Of a stretch of 64,000 nucleotides of DNA, positions 39,341 to 51,929 are shown one piece after another (the first letter of the stretch is position 1; each line of letters begins with the position of its first letter). Under the pieces are notes generated by a model, which saw only the letters and a program-made list of their open reading frames with translations, did not search any database and was not told where the DNA came from. Source of the DNA: Eledone cirrhosa (Eukaryota); contig OZ024749.1 in assembly GCA_964016885.1 (NCBI GenBank), positions 9,238,001 to 9,302,000 of the forward strand, given 5' to 3'. The position numbers were made by a program, and so were the translations under genes.

Positions 39341-39832
39341 ATGGAGCTACCTTTCTCATTATTAAGCTGGTGTTTGGAATATAACAAATGTTCTCACTTA
39401 AAATTATGATGGAAGGTTTTTATATGAATATAAACACTTTACAATAAACAGCTTTGTACCATAGAACCAGGACTGGTTTCAGGTGCTTTGGTATCAAACA
39501 AGTTAAAACAACTCACAAAAATAAAAACTAGAGCAAATGAATTCAATAACAAAAAAAAGAAAGAAAATGAATCCAGGTTTGTGAAGGGATTAATTCCCAG
39601 TGCTTGATCAACCAATATTTTGCTGTTAGATTACTATTGTTTTTTTGTTGACACAAGACTGCTAATTATATATTTATTTTTAGTCGTGGAATACAAAAAA
39701 TCCATAAGATAAACAATAACTTAGCTTAGCTTGAATGTGCAACACTTCGAAATAACAACAAACATGATATTTTCATAAGCATATTAGTAAAATATAGAGT
39801 TGATAAAGAAGGAAAGTATTTCCTTGGAATGT

Positions 39833-39868
<36 letters not shown>

Positions 39869-40358
39869 TTTAAATGTAGAAATGTCATAAGGAATCGGTC
39901 AAGATCTTAGACCTCATTCGCTTGCCAAGTGGGGTGGAACTCATGAAATCGGATCAAGGTAACAATATTTCCATTGGTCTCTTTCCATTGCTGATACTAT
40001 CTACCAGTTGCAACTCTAGGCAGGGATGTTATATAGCTTGGCATCTGGTGTATTCACTAACCTGTTAGCATGGCTGAGCAGTGAACCACAGCCAAAGTCT
40101 ATTGCCAAATCAGAGATGAGCCAAGAGAGTTTGCTTTATATACCTGTAGGTGTCACCACATGACATATGATACAAAAATATGCTGAAACAGTGTATTTTC
40201 ATACAAAAGGGAATTTCACACAAGGATAATTTCACTACACATATATCATCATCATCAATATTTTATGTTCATTTTTCCACATCCTCTCAGGTTTGACAGG
40301 TCCTCCCCAAAACAGTGACTTACCTCTTGTAGCATTCCTTTGTCCTATCATTTATGAC

Positions 40359-40882
40359 AGTGGTCACCAGCCAGTGGTCTGCAGGCCACTGGTGGTCTGA
40401 TAGAAAATTTGGGTGGCCCGCAGAAAAATTTGGACATTATTTGCAATTTTTATGTTTTATTAATAATAAAACAAAAATAATATTTGGTTAAAATATATGT
40501 TATAACACCCCTAAAAATGTTTCTCCTCAGTAAAGAACTAACATCCATGAAAGAATTTTACACATATGTATCATCTATCGACAATATAGCACACATACGT
40601 TTCAGTATTGTTTAATAAAATGGAAGTTCTCTGATCATTATTTTACAAATGTATTGAGTTACAGGCCTTTACGATCTGAGTTCAAATCCCGCCGAGGTTA
40701 ACTTTGCCTTTCATCCTTACGGGGTCGATAAAATAAAGTACCAGTAATGCACTGGGATGATTGCTGGCCTTGTGCCAAAAGTAGAAACAATTATTTTACA
40801 AATGTATTTATCTTTTTAACAAAATTCTTATTAGTGGTCCATGGGATTTAGAATTATGAATTTAGTGGTCCGTGAGGTCCTA
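40359..40882. mobile_element. hAT-like non-autonomous DNA element interrupted by a SINE
   Basis: Starts CAGTGGTCACCAGCC with repeated subterminal GTGGTCC motifs; the right TIR was not found. A SINE B fragment at 40656-40789 is flanked by the 19-bp TSD ATTATTTTACAAATGTATT (40637-40655, 40790-40808). Confidence 0.55.
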
Positions 40883-42560
40883 GGTTTCAACATGTCTACC
40901 CACATCTTCTCTGTCCTTCCACCTCTGTGGCTTCTTTGCACTTCTTTATCCAACAATCATCCTTCATTCCCATTCCAAGTCTGTATTGATGTAATATTTT
41001 CTCTTGCTTGCAACAACTCATCTCTACTTCATTGACCATGTGCATTAATATTACACACCCAACAGAGCTCCCTTCATTTCTTTCTAACCATCACACATCC
41101 TCTATATTTAACCCCTTAGTTACCAACCTGGCCAAAACTGACTCTGGTTCTATGAAATAAAACCACCCATTTTATTTAAAGGATTCCAATTTAAATTAAA
41201 ATCTTAACAAAATTTTATATAAAAACATTGCCAGCTAAATTAATTAGAGGGATATAAAATATACAAAAGTGAAAACCAATCCAAACCAAACAGTGAGTGT
41301 GTTTTATTATTATTTCTAGCAATATTATAACAATATGACCCTCCCCAAATATAATTATATTAAGTTACTATCTTAATTATAATAAAGAAAGGAGTGCGGG
41401 ACTGCATCCAGAATATATTTTTTTACCCCGTTTGTAAAATAAGTTGGATTACTTCGAATAAATAATAAAACAATATTACATAATTTATCTACTAAATTTC
41501 GTGGCTGTTGATTAAATATATTTTATAGCTTATTTAAAGATTCACTTCTTTAAAATTGTTAAATGTCAACACTTCCAGTGAGTGGCCGTTATATTATAAC
41601 ACTTATAATCGCATATATTTCCGTCACTAATTTTCTCTTAATGCAGTTTATATATAATATCGTCTTTTTTTAAATGTATCATGGATTACGTTACTGATTA
41701 CATAAGACAGTGTAACACAGTCTTCGTTCAATTTCTGTGTATATTGTCAATTACGATTTTATTTACATGCATATATACTTGCATATAATATCAATATATA
41801 CACTACACATGCTAGCAGAAAACCACCCTAAGGGTGGTTTTTCTGCTAGTCTTGATAATGAAATAATTAATACTTTTAGTAAGTCCCTCAAAATTCTTCA
41901 TTAATTAATTAAAATAGAGCATATTTCATTAGAAATGCAGTCATGAAAGGGTTAATGCCCCTGTCTTGCCATGATGTACAGAAGCATCATACAGTCTACG
42001 TTTGTTATAGTAGAAGACACTTGCACAATGTGCTCAGCCATAGAGTAACCATCAAGCAAATTAAGCACATGATTAGGGCCTCAAATAAAGAGGGGCCCCA
42101 TACAGTCTATTTTCTAGGACAATATCATGATCAACGTTTAACGTAACCCGTCTCTTTTCTCTCCCCCTTGTTGCTATCCTCTCTCTCCTTCTCCCTCTTA
42201 CTTTCGCTCATCCCATCACCTGCTAATCACCTTCTCTCGGCTAGCCTCCCACTATAACTATCTCTTTCTCGCTTCCTCTCACTTTCACTCACTCCCTTTC
42301 TGCTAGTCACCCTCTCTCCGCTAGCTCACTTCCTCCCTCGTCCGCCACTGTAAGCAGTCTCTTCTCTCGCTAACACAGCTACAGTGAAGACGTGTCTTTT
42401 ATCTCTTACGTTCGATCTTACGTTCGAAATGAGTTGTTGACTTGATATTTTTCCTATTTTTCCTCTCTTTATGTTGCTTCACCCTTCGTATCTGTTTACA
42501 TTTTTTCTCTACCTCCCCGCCTTTTTTTATCCCAATAACTTATTTTAGTTATTGTTCACC

Positions 42561-42626
42561 CTAGGCTGAGGTATCTTGTCTCTAACACAAAGAAATACCT
42601 ATGATTCCTAGCAGACAACTGACGAT
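42561..42626 (+). ncRNA. Candidate strand-scrambled hammerhead ribozyme (copy 2)
   Basis: AGGTAT-C-TTGTCT ... A-GAAA-TACCT ... AGACAA-CTGACGA-T, plus helix CTAGG/CCTAG; covaries with copy 1. Confidence 0.55.
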
Positions 42627-43329
42627 GGATATACCCTCTTTCACCCGTAAATTTTATTTTTCATTATTTTTCATTATATATATATATATGTATGTATATA
42701 ATGCTGAAGAGAACCCGTGCCACCCTTGCCACCCTTGCAAGCAGGGAAAAACTGACGTAAAAAGATGATTATGTTGATAAATCATACGTCAGATAATAAG
42801 GGATTAAATACCAGGGTGGTATTTATCCCCTATTATCTGATGTATCTTATTGTCTTTCTCTCATTATTATGATTCATAAAGAGCTCGGAATCTGTTCCTT
42901 GAGCTTATTGGATCGTAAGGGATTTGATATATAATTATATATGTATTTGGACATACTCACATAAAAATCAATATACATTATATATAGATACGTTATATAT
43001 ATATCTATATATAGATACGTTATATCTATATATAATGAATATTGATATATATATATATACGGTGGGCAAGCTGTTGACATGCAACCTGATTTATTTTATA
43101 AATACATTACAAATCGTTTGCAATTCTTTCAGCATGGAAATATATACAGAGCATATAAATAAATTTACAGTAGAATAACATAACAAATATGTTTCAAATG
43201 TATACATAAATAACATTACAAACGCTTAGATAACATTATAAATTGCTTGCGATTCTTTCAGAAAGATATATTCTTTTAATGTTACAATATTAAAGAAAAT
43301 GTAAAGAAAGGGGTGAACAACGGAGCCAA

Positions 43330-44480
43330 CACCAGAGCAAAAGACAGCAACGGCGCGAGTACTGGGCAACCTCTCTAATGATTTTTGAGGCAAGCCAGTA
43401 CACTCGCAGCTTTGCCTCGGGTGATGGTGAGGCTGATGCGCTGAAACAGCCAAGCACCCTCGCGAGATTCGCCAGTCACCTCTATTAAGCGAGCCGCCAG
43501 TGAGAAAAAGGAACCTCGCAGTCAGCGGCCCGACTCCCCCAAACGTCTCGAAAGCCACAGGCTGAAAAAGGTAGCTGGCCGACAGATCAGAGTATTTGAG
43601 GGTCTTACTCCACTCGGCTGCAGAAGCTGTGGCTCTCTTCCTAACCACAGCATCCAGGATGTGGGAAAGAGCAAAAGAGTCACTAACAGTGACGTCCCAG
43701 ACACGGCACCTGCCTCTCGACCAGGGCCACAGGGTAAGACCGTCAAGTCTTTTGCCGTCACTTCTGGACAACCCAGACGGTTCCAAGACTGAGGGGATAT
43801 TCGCCGGGGCCAAAGCTCTCTTCAGAATGAGGTTTTGCTCCGTGTGACGTGCAAAGCGGCCGGCATTCAAGCAGCAAGAAAGACCGTGGAGGCCTGTGGA
43901 GTCGAGGAGTTTGCTGCATCGGCACCTCAAACCCATGCAGACATCAGTTCCCACTCTGAGGGCGAGGGAGACACGAAGTTCGTCCAGGCTGAGTAGGCCA
44001 CCAACGTTGGCCACGGGTAGGGCATCGACCCAGTCGCCTGAGTATTTGGCGCTGGCAGATAGTAAGCGGCACTTTGCAAACTGATCTGACTGGACGAAGA
44101 GGGAGTCGAAGGTGGCCTTCGAACTTATGCTGTCCCCAGTTCTCTGACTTCGACTGTCCTCCACCTTCTCAGGAAGAGACAAGCCCAACTCACTACATTG
44201 CTGGAGAGCTTCACCCAACTCCCTGTTGGAACTAGTCCATGTTGGAGAGGAGAGGATGCTGAGGGTGGAGCAAGCGTGGGTGGAGGAAAGGAAGCACGGG
44301 AGAGAGAGGGACGAACACTTACGAAGACCAAGACTCCCAAATCGCTTGGGCAACGCAGCCTGATCGCGGGACTCCGGAGATAGTCTAACATTGACCAGGC
44401 ACTCGAGTCTCTCGAAGATTAGGTCGTCGAAGGAGGCAGGACGGAAATCTGTGAGAGGGGCTGACCCTGAGCAGATACAG
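43330..44480 (-). mobile_element. CRE-type non-LTR retrotransposon, 5'-truncated (end of RT region, CCHC knuckle, restriction-like endonuclease)
   Basis: QAALPKRFGSLGLR, CRC..HGLSC, ARH, LEPSGLSRSDGKRLDG, WDVTVSD, K..KY, PVAFETFG. A frameshift near the end moves LFQRISLTITRGKAASVL into another frame. Confidence 0.88.
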
Positions 44481-45017
44481 AAGCTTAGGAATAGACAGGT
44501 AGTTGCTGAGTATGAAGAAACCTGGTTTAACACGATAACTCGACCATTTCAAAGTAATAGCCGAATATCTCTGAAAGTACTTCCTGGCACTTCGGAAAAT
44601 GAGTTAAACACATAGGATAACGTATTCCTAGGTACACAACGATCAAGAGAAGGAATGAGGACGGTCATGGCTGGAACACCTTTGATCGTATGGCTACTCA
44701 CTCAGTCAGGGTAGAACTACGTCTTAACAATAACAGTAAACAACGACTTTTCTTTTATTTGGCAAAAACTGGGAAAAAACGCAACAAGAAAATTTAAACA
44801 AATGGAAAAGGAAAGGGCTCTAGTGTCACAGAAGAATGGAGAGGGGGTGACTGGGATCTGGGCCTAGGGCGCGGTGGTAATGGGGCTGCATTCCCACGGA
44901 CAGTGGTCAGCGACACCCGCTGTAACAGCCACCCCCACGGCGCGGGGCTCCTTCCTCAGACGAAAAGAAAGAAAAATAATACAAAAACCGAACCAAGAGA
45001 TAAATCCTTGAACTTAC

Positions 45018-45296
45018 CAAAGGTGTGTAGCCAGACGTATCGGTGGCATTGGCCGTACAACCGTAGCGCTGTTTCCTTAGTTTACAACGCACACCTTCGA
45101 TATCACCTGTGAGAGCATCATTCCATAAACCTCTTTCGAAATCTAACTCCGGTAGAGTTTGGTGAAGTGAGGGTTGTAACGACTGCCCCTGACAACAGGT
45201 ATGCTTTTCAGCACTGGCTGACCCTCCCCCACAGTTCGTATTAGTAATTTCTATACTATTGTTAGTATTGTTGTGTAAACAATTGCAGGCATCCAT
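45018..45296 (-). CDS. ANKRD39: Ankyrin repeat domain-containing protein 39, first coding exon
   Basis: HTCC..SLHQTLPELDFERGLWNDALTGD..DTSGYTPL matches the ANKRD39 N-terminal signature recalled from the human protein ([28 protein letters not shown]). It ends at a phase-0 donor TTG|GTAAGT at the equivalent position. ATG is at 45296 (45299 is GTG). Confidence 0.9.
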
Positions 45297-46801
45297 CACT
45301 TTATTTTTGTGTAAATGATATTACATCTATATGTAAACACATAGCATAAACACCGTCTAATTTATCGGTGTTTAGCTAAATTATGACACTTATAGGATTT
45401 CATCCAGATGTTGCCTTTCAAAAAGATATTTACTAAAAGATGTATTATTTTTTTTACCGAACTATGTAAATAATATTGATTGATTCTTTTTCGTTTCTTT
45501 TTTCTTTCGCTTTTTCTTTCTATCTAGATTTTCACACTAGAAGTATAAACAACCGATCTAATCTCTAAAGGGACGTCCTTCGAGCTGGAAATAGCAACCA
45601 AACCACCCCCAAATACTAAAATCACATCTTATTTAAAATAAAGAATACAAATATCAAAGTGGAGTGCAATACTTAGGGAACACTCGCATTACAACCACTT
45701 GGTTTCGGGTTTAGTCCAGCTGGGTGACACCATCGAGAAGTGTCTTCTACTATATCAGTTGACCAATACCTTGTGAGTAAAATTTATTAGAACTAATCTT
45801 TGTCAACACGTTGACGCGTATGGGTATGTATGTGTGTGTGCGTGTGTGTGTGCATATATATACATTTATATGTATGAGTATATAAATATAAACGCAGACA
45901 CACTTAGAAAAATACACACTCACATACATTCACACAAATGCACACATACAATCACATACACATACACTGACACACAGCGTAGCAAATGGAACGCCAGCCG
46001 CTGTTCCCTGTTTTGCTATAGTTTTTTCACCATCCCTTTCTTTCCTTTTACACACACACACACACACACACAGTGTGACGGATGGACAACAGTCGCCCAA
46101 ATATAGATAGATAGGTAGATAGATATGGATGTTTTGAAATGTAGATAGATACATTGATAGAAAGATACAGATAGAGATATATCATACATTCTATTGAGTG
46201 TACAGGAGAAGCTATCATGTCTTATGACACAAACTGAAGGGTCCTCCCTTCCTATCACCAACCACGTTACAGAGTGTACTGGGTGCATTTATCGTGTAGA
46301 TCACCAACAATAATGAGGTTGTCATGTCCCCTGACACAACTGAAGGGTTAAAAGAGCTGTCCCATTCTGAGACAAGACAGGTGACTGTGTCTTGTTCATT
46401 CAGAATTGTATCTGGCTTGGTTTATATAGCTGGATGTCCATCCTAATGCCAACCACATTTACAGTGTAGACTGGGTACATTTTCATTGTCACCAGCACGA
46501 CCATTCTACAGGTTATATTATATTATATTGTATTGTATTGTACTAGCATTCTGCTAGTACAGTTCTACTAGCATGTGTAGTGTGTATATTGATATTATAC
46601 GTAAATATATATGCATGTAGATATACGATATGTAAAATAAAATTGTAATTGACAATATACACAGAAATTGAAGACAGATTGTGTTACACTGTCTTCTATA
46701 AGTAAAGTAATCGATCATACATTTAAAAAAGATGATATTATATATAAACTGCATTACGGTGAAAATTAGCGATGGAAATATAAACATTATGATATAACGA
46801 T

Positions 46802-47113
46802 GGAGGCACATTGGTCTTGCAATCGAAAGGTTGTGAGTTCAATTCTCAGACCAGGTAATGTGTTGTTTCCTTGAGCAAGACACTTTATTTCACATTGCTC
46901 CAGTTTACTCTCAGCTGTAGAAATGAAATGATAGGGACTGGGGTCCCTATCATTCCAATGCAAAGTGGTCGTGGAGGTGCCACGAAAAAAAAAGCAGTCA
47001 GCACTCACTGTAAATGAGGTTGGTGTTAGGAAGGGCATCCAGCTGTAGAAATCAAGCCAGAATCAGTTCCCGTCCCACCCTTGCAAGCAGGGAAAAAGCT
47101 GACATAAAATGAA

Positions 47114-47152
<39 letters not shown>
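46802..47152 (+). mobile_element. SINE family A inserted in an AT-rich repeat
   Basis: Matches the 23302 copy. The host repeat 46560-47330 is an inverted copy of ~41380-41815. Confidence 0.85.
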
Positions 47153-47544
47153 CAAATATATGAACGATGTTATATATAAGAATATTTATGTTTAATCAAC
47201 AGCTACGAAATTTAGTAGATAAATTATGTAATATAGATTTGTTATTTATTCAAAGTAATCCAACTTATTTTACTTACTGGATAAAAAAAATCTATTCAGG
47301 ACACAATCCCGCACTCCTCCCTTTATTATATTGATTGTATTTAAAGGGCGGTGAATTGGCAGTACCGGTAGAGGGTCGGACGCCATGTTTGCGTCCCTTT
47401 ACAGTCTGAGTTCAAATCCCGTCGAGGTTAACTTTGCCTTTCATCCTTACTGGGTCGATTAAATAAAGTACCAGTAATGTACTGGTTAATTGCTGGCCTT
47501 GTGCCACAAAGTAGGAACAATTATATTATATTATGGTAACTACT

Positions 47545-47690
47545 GGGTAGGCAGTCCTAGGAGGACTTGGGATGAGGTAATAGGAGCTGACTTTGCTCAA
47601 TTACACCTCACTAAGGTGAGGACACAGGACCATGACCTCTGTTGCTATGAAGTATTACAGGAGACTCGCCCTCTATTATTCTCGGGCTGA
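47545..47690 (+). mobile_element. RTE LINE 3' fragment
   Basis: GSPRRTWDEVIGADFAQLHLTKVRTQDHDL. Confidence 0.65.
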
Positions 47691-47864
47691 GGCATATAGC
47701 TAGTAGGCCACACCATTCCCTACTATCTCCCCTCCCATAAACCTCCCTCTACCTACGTCCCCAATTTCCCAAAGCATCCTCCCCACCCCTCCCAAGTTTT
47801 CAACCGCCTCTATAAGGTAACCCCCCCCTCCCTAGAACCACGACAAAGAGCCCAGACTACACTC

Positions 47865-48790
47865 TAGTGTCATGTAGGTGTCATGACAAAAGCGAGTGCC
47901 CAGTCCACACTGTAAGGTGGTCATGTAGGTGTCAATACATAAAGTACCCAGTCCACACTGTAAGATCGTCATGTAGGTGTTACGTCAAAAAGTACCCAGT
48001 CCACACAGTAAGATGGTCATGTAGGTGTCATGACAAAAAGCACCCAGTCCACACTGTAAGATGGTCATGTAGGTGTCATGACAAAAAGCACCCAGTCCAC
48101 ACTGTAAGGTGGTCATGTAGGTGTCACGACATAAAGCACCCACTCCACACTGTAAGATGGTCATGTAGGTGTCATGACAAAAAGCACCCAGTCCACACTG
48201 CAAGGTGGTCATGTAAATGTCACGACAAAAAGCACCCAGTCCACACTGTAAGGTGGTCATGTAGGTGTCACGACAAAAAGCACCCAGTACTCACTGTAAG
48301 GTGGTCATGTAGGTGTCACGACATAAAGCACCCAGTACTCACTGTAAGGTGGTCATGTAGGTGTCACGACATAAAGCACCCAGTACTCACTGTAAGGTGG
48401 TCATGTAGGTGTCACGACATAAAGCACCCAGTACTCACTGTAAGGTGGTCATGTAGGTGTCACGACAAAAAGCACCCAGTCCACACTGTAAGGTGGTCAT
48501 GTAGGTGTCACGACATAAAGCACCCAGTCCACACTGTAAGGTGGTCATGTAGGTGTCACGACAAAAAGCACCCAGTACTCACTGTAAGGTGGTCATGTAG
48601 GTGTCACGACATAAAGCACCCAGTACTCATTATAAATGTGGTTGGCACTAGAAAGGGCATCCAGCCATAGAAACCAAGCCAGAAGTGGTTCTATGTGAGC
48701 AAAACATGGTCACCTGATCCAACTTGTCTCAAACGGGACAATGCGTCTAACCCATGCTAGCAAGGAAAAATGGACATTAAATGATGATGA
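47865..48790 (+). repeat. ~48-bp minisatellite expanded inside a SINE 3' half
   Basis: About 16 copies of CACCCAGTCCACACTGTAAGGTGGTCATGTAGGTGTCACGACAAAAAG run into the SINE core and tail (48630-48790). Confidence 0.92.
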
Positions 48791-49145
48791 TGATAATGAT
48801 TATATCACATTATATTATATTATATCATATTATAGGGCGGTGAATTGGCAGTATCGGTAGAGGGTCGGACACCCTGCTTTGACGCATAGAGTTACGACTC
48901 TTTCTAATCTGAGTTCAAATCCCACCGAGGTTAACTTTGCCTTTCATCCTTACGGGGTCGATAAAATAAAGTACAAGTAATACACTGGGTAATTGCTGGC
49001 CTTGTGCCTAAAGTAGAAACAATTATATTATATTATATATTATATTAGATCATAAGAAATCATTGTGTTATATCATCATAACATAAGCATGTGTGTTTGT
49101 GAGTGTGCGTGTGCGTGTGCGTGTATGTATATGTATGTGTGCATG

Positions 49146-49176
<31 letters not shown>

Positions 49177-49408
49177 ATGTATATGTATGTGTGCATGTAT
49201 ATTTATATGTGTATGTGTGTAAATGTTTATTTACACTACTCTGTAAATATATTTATTATCTAAATATTTTTTCTTAAATATGTTACTGGCAGGTTTGGAA
49301 ATTTTTTGTAACAAACTTCAGAGATTTTTCTTTCTGTGTGTGTGTGTGTGTGTATCAATCTGTGAGTGTATATATATGTGTGTGTATGTCTATGTATCCA
49401 TCTGTGTG

Positions 49409-49445
<37 letters not shown>

Positions 49446-49628
49446 CTGTGTGTGTCTGTGTCTGTGTGTATGTGTGTGTGTGTGTCTGTGTATGTGTGTG
49501 CCTGTGTGTGTGTGTGTATTTGTGCCTGTGTGTGTGTGTGTATTTGTGTCTGTGTATGTGTGTGTCTGTATGTGTGTGTCTGTGTGTCTGTGTGTGTGTG
49601 TGTGTATGTGTGTGTGTGTGTGCGTGTG

Positions 49629-49666
<38 letters not shown>

Positions 49667-50077
49667 TGTGTGTATGTGTGTCTGTGTGTGTGTCTGTGTG
49701 TGTCTGTGTATGAATGTGTGTGTGTGTGTGTGTATGTATGTTTATGTGTGTATGTGTATGTGTGTTTTGTTTTTATCCTTCTTTGTTTCTCCATTTCATT
49801 CACTCAATGTAACCAAGAAAAGTTAAAATGGTGAACGAAAATAAATGTTTATATCATTTAAAAGCTAAACGTTTGAACATAAAAATCAGTTATTTAAATG
49901 TTTAATCACCTTCAATTGTTTTGTTTTTGTTTTGCTGGTTTTATTTTATTTTTATTACTTTATTTTAACTTAATTTTTATTTTGCTTCAGTTTTTAACCA
50001 CTGTATAATTTTTTATGTCTTCTACTTTGCTGTTTTGTAAAGATGTCATTAAAAACTGTCCCTTTCTTCTCCTCCTC

Positions 50078-50110
<33 letters not shown>

Positions 50111-50427
50111 AATCTCCCCCACCCCTCTCTCTATGTTTCTTTTTGCCTCTATCTTCTGGTCTCTTTCTATCTATCTTGCTCTATGTATGTATATATGTAT
50201 GTATATATGTATATATGTAGGTATGTATGTATATATGTAGGTATGTATGTGTGTGTGTATGTATGTGTGTATGTATATATGTAGGAATGTATATATGTAT
50301 ATATGTATATATGTAGGTATGTATGTGTGTGTGTATGTATGTGTGTATGTATGTAGGTATGTATGTATATATGTATGTGTGTGTGTATGTATGTATGTGT
50401 GTATGTATGTATATATGTATGTATATA

Positions 50428-50995
50428 TCTTGAGTGCTACTGGTAACATGTATCCCAGTACAACCTGTCTCATGGTCGGGTCGTTGGCGACTAAACTGGC
50501 AACCCCACCAAGGTTTCTTGGTGAGGAGGGTGACTTTGGACATCCTGCAGGACTAAAAACAAAACCTGTCAAAGGGCAAAGGAGCTCTTAAGAGTCAATG
50601 GCCATCCAAAATCACCGGCAGAATTCTAGGAGAAGGAAAACTCTGATATAACACCTGCAACCCTGATGGTATCCAATGATGTTGACTTGTTCTTCTTTTT
50701 GGTAAATATCATCTTGGTTAAGAGAGTGGGACTGGCTTTGTGCAGTGCCTTTGCTCACTATAAAAGCTTCACGGCACAGGCATTGCTTTATATCTGGAGA
50801 TCTCTCTGCACTTGTCGTCACATAGTACCATGGGCCCAGCACTATGTGTCAATAATTGTCGCAAGTGTAGTGTTTGTACCAGAGTTTTCAAGTCGCTGGC
50901 TGGACTATATAGTGACACTTGTTCAGCGCATCGGTAGGAGTTCTCCTACATGGATATAAAGTAGTGGCCGTACTCGAAAACGAGTTGGCAACCAC
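50428..50995 (-). mobile_element. Interspersed repeat, inverted homolog of 3655-4185
   Basis: Shared sequence visible in both ORF translations (GFVF..AGCPKSPSSP..LGGVA..DPTMRQV). Confidence 0.7.
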
Positions 50996-51683
50996 TATGT
51001 ATCTATGTATATATGTATGTATATATGGATGCATGAATGTATGTAAGTATGGGTGTATGTGTGTATGTATGTGTGTGTGTATGTATACATGTATGTATGT
51101 ATGTATCATATATCTATTTATACATATATGTCTCCTTTTTCATTTTACCATTTTATTTCTTTAGATGTGTCTGTGTGTATGTATATATATGTATTCATGT
51201 GTGACTGTATGTGTGTCTGTGTGTATGTATGTATGTGTATTCATGTGTGACTGTATGTGTGTCTGTGTGTATGTATGTATGTGTATTCATGTGTGGCTGT
51301 ATGTGTGCTTGTGTGTATGTATGTATGTGTATTCATGTGTGGCTGTATGTGTGTCTGTGTGTATGTATGTATGTGTATTCATGTGTGGCTGTATGTGTGT
51401 CTGTGTGTATGTATGTATGTGTATTCAAGTGTGACTGTGTGTGTCTGTGTGTATGTATGTGTATTCATGTGTGGCTGTATGTGTGTCTGTGTGTATGTAT
51501 GTATGTGTATTCATGTGTGGCTGTATGTGTCTGTGTATGTATGTATGTGTATTCAAGTGTGACTGTATGTATGTATGTGTATTCATGTATGGCTGTATGT
51601 GTGTGTGTGTGTGTGTGATCCACATTACCATCATCATCATCACAAAGAACACATCACCAAGAATACCAATGTATCATTTTAAT

Positions 51684-51867
51684 TGTTTCTACTTTTGGCA
51701 CAAGGCCAGCAATTACCCAGTACATTACTGGTACTTTATTTTATCGACCCCATAAGGATGAAAGGCAAAGTTAACCTCGGCGGGATTTGAACTCAGAATG
51801 GCAAGGGCCGTAACTCTATGCGTCAAAGCATGGCGTCCAACCCTCTACCGATACTGCCAATTCACCG
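51684..51867 (-). mobile_element. SINE family B with 15-bp TSD
   Basis: TSD ATGTATCATTTTAAT at 51669-51683 and 51868-51882. Confidence 0.9.
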
Positions 51868-51929
51868 ATGTATCATTTTAATGCTACCTATTCTTAACTA
51901 GAGGTGGGTACGTGGCGAACCTGCGTTTG

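Noticed and set aside
39900-40190. Possible ANKRD39 exon 2
   Set aside because: No ankyrin motif in the frames checked; part matches the repeat at ~7230-7310.
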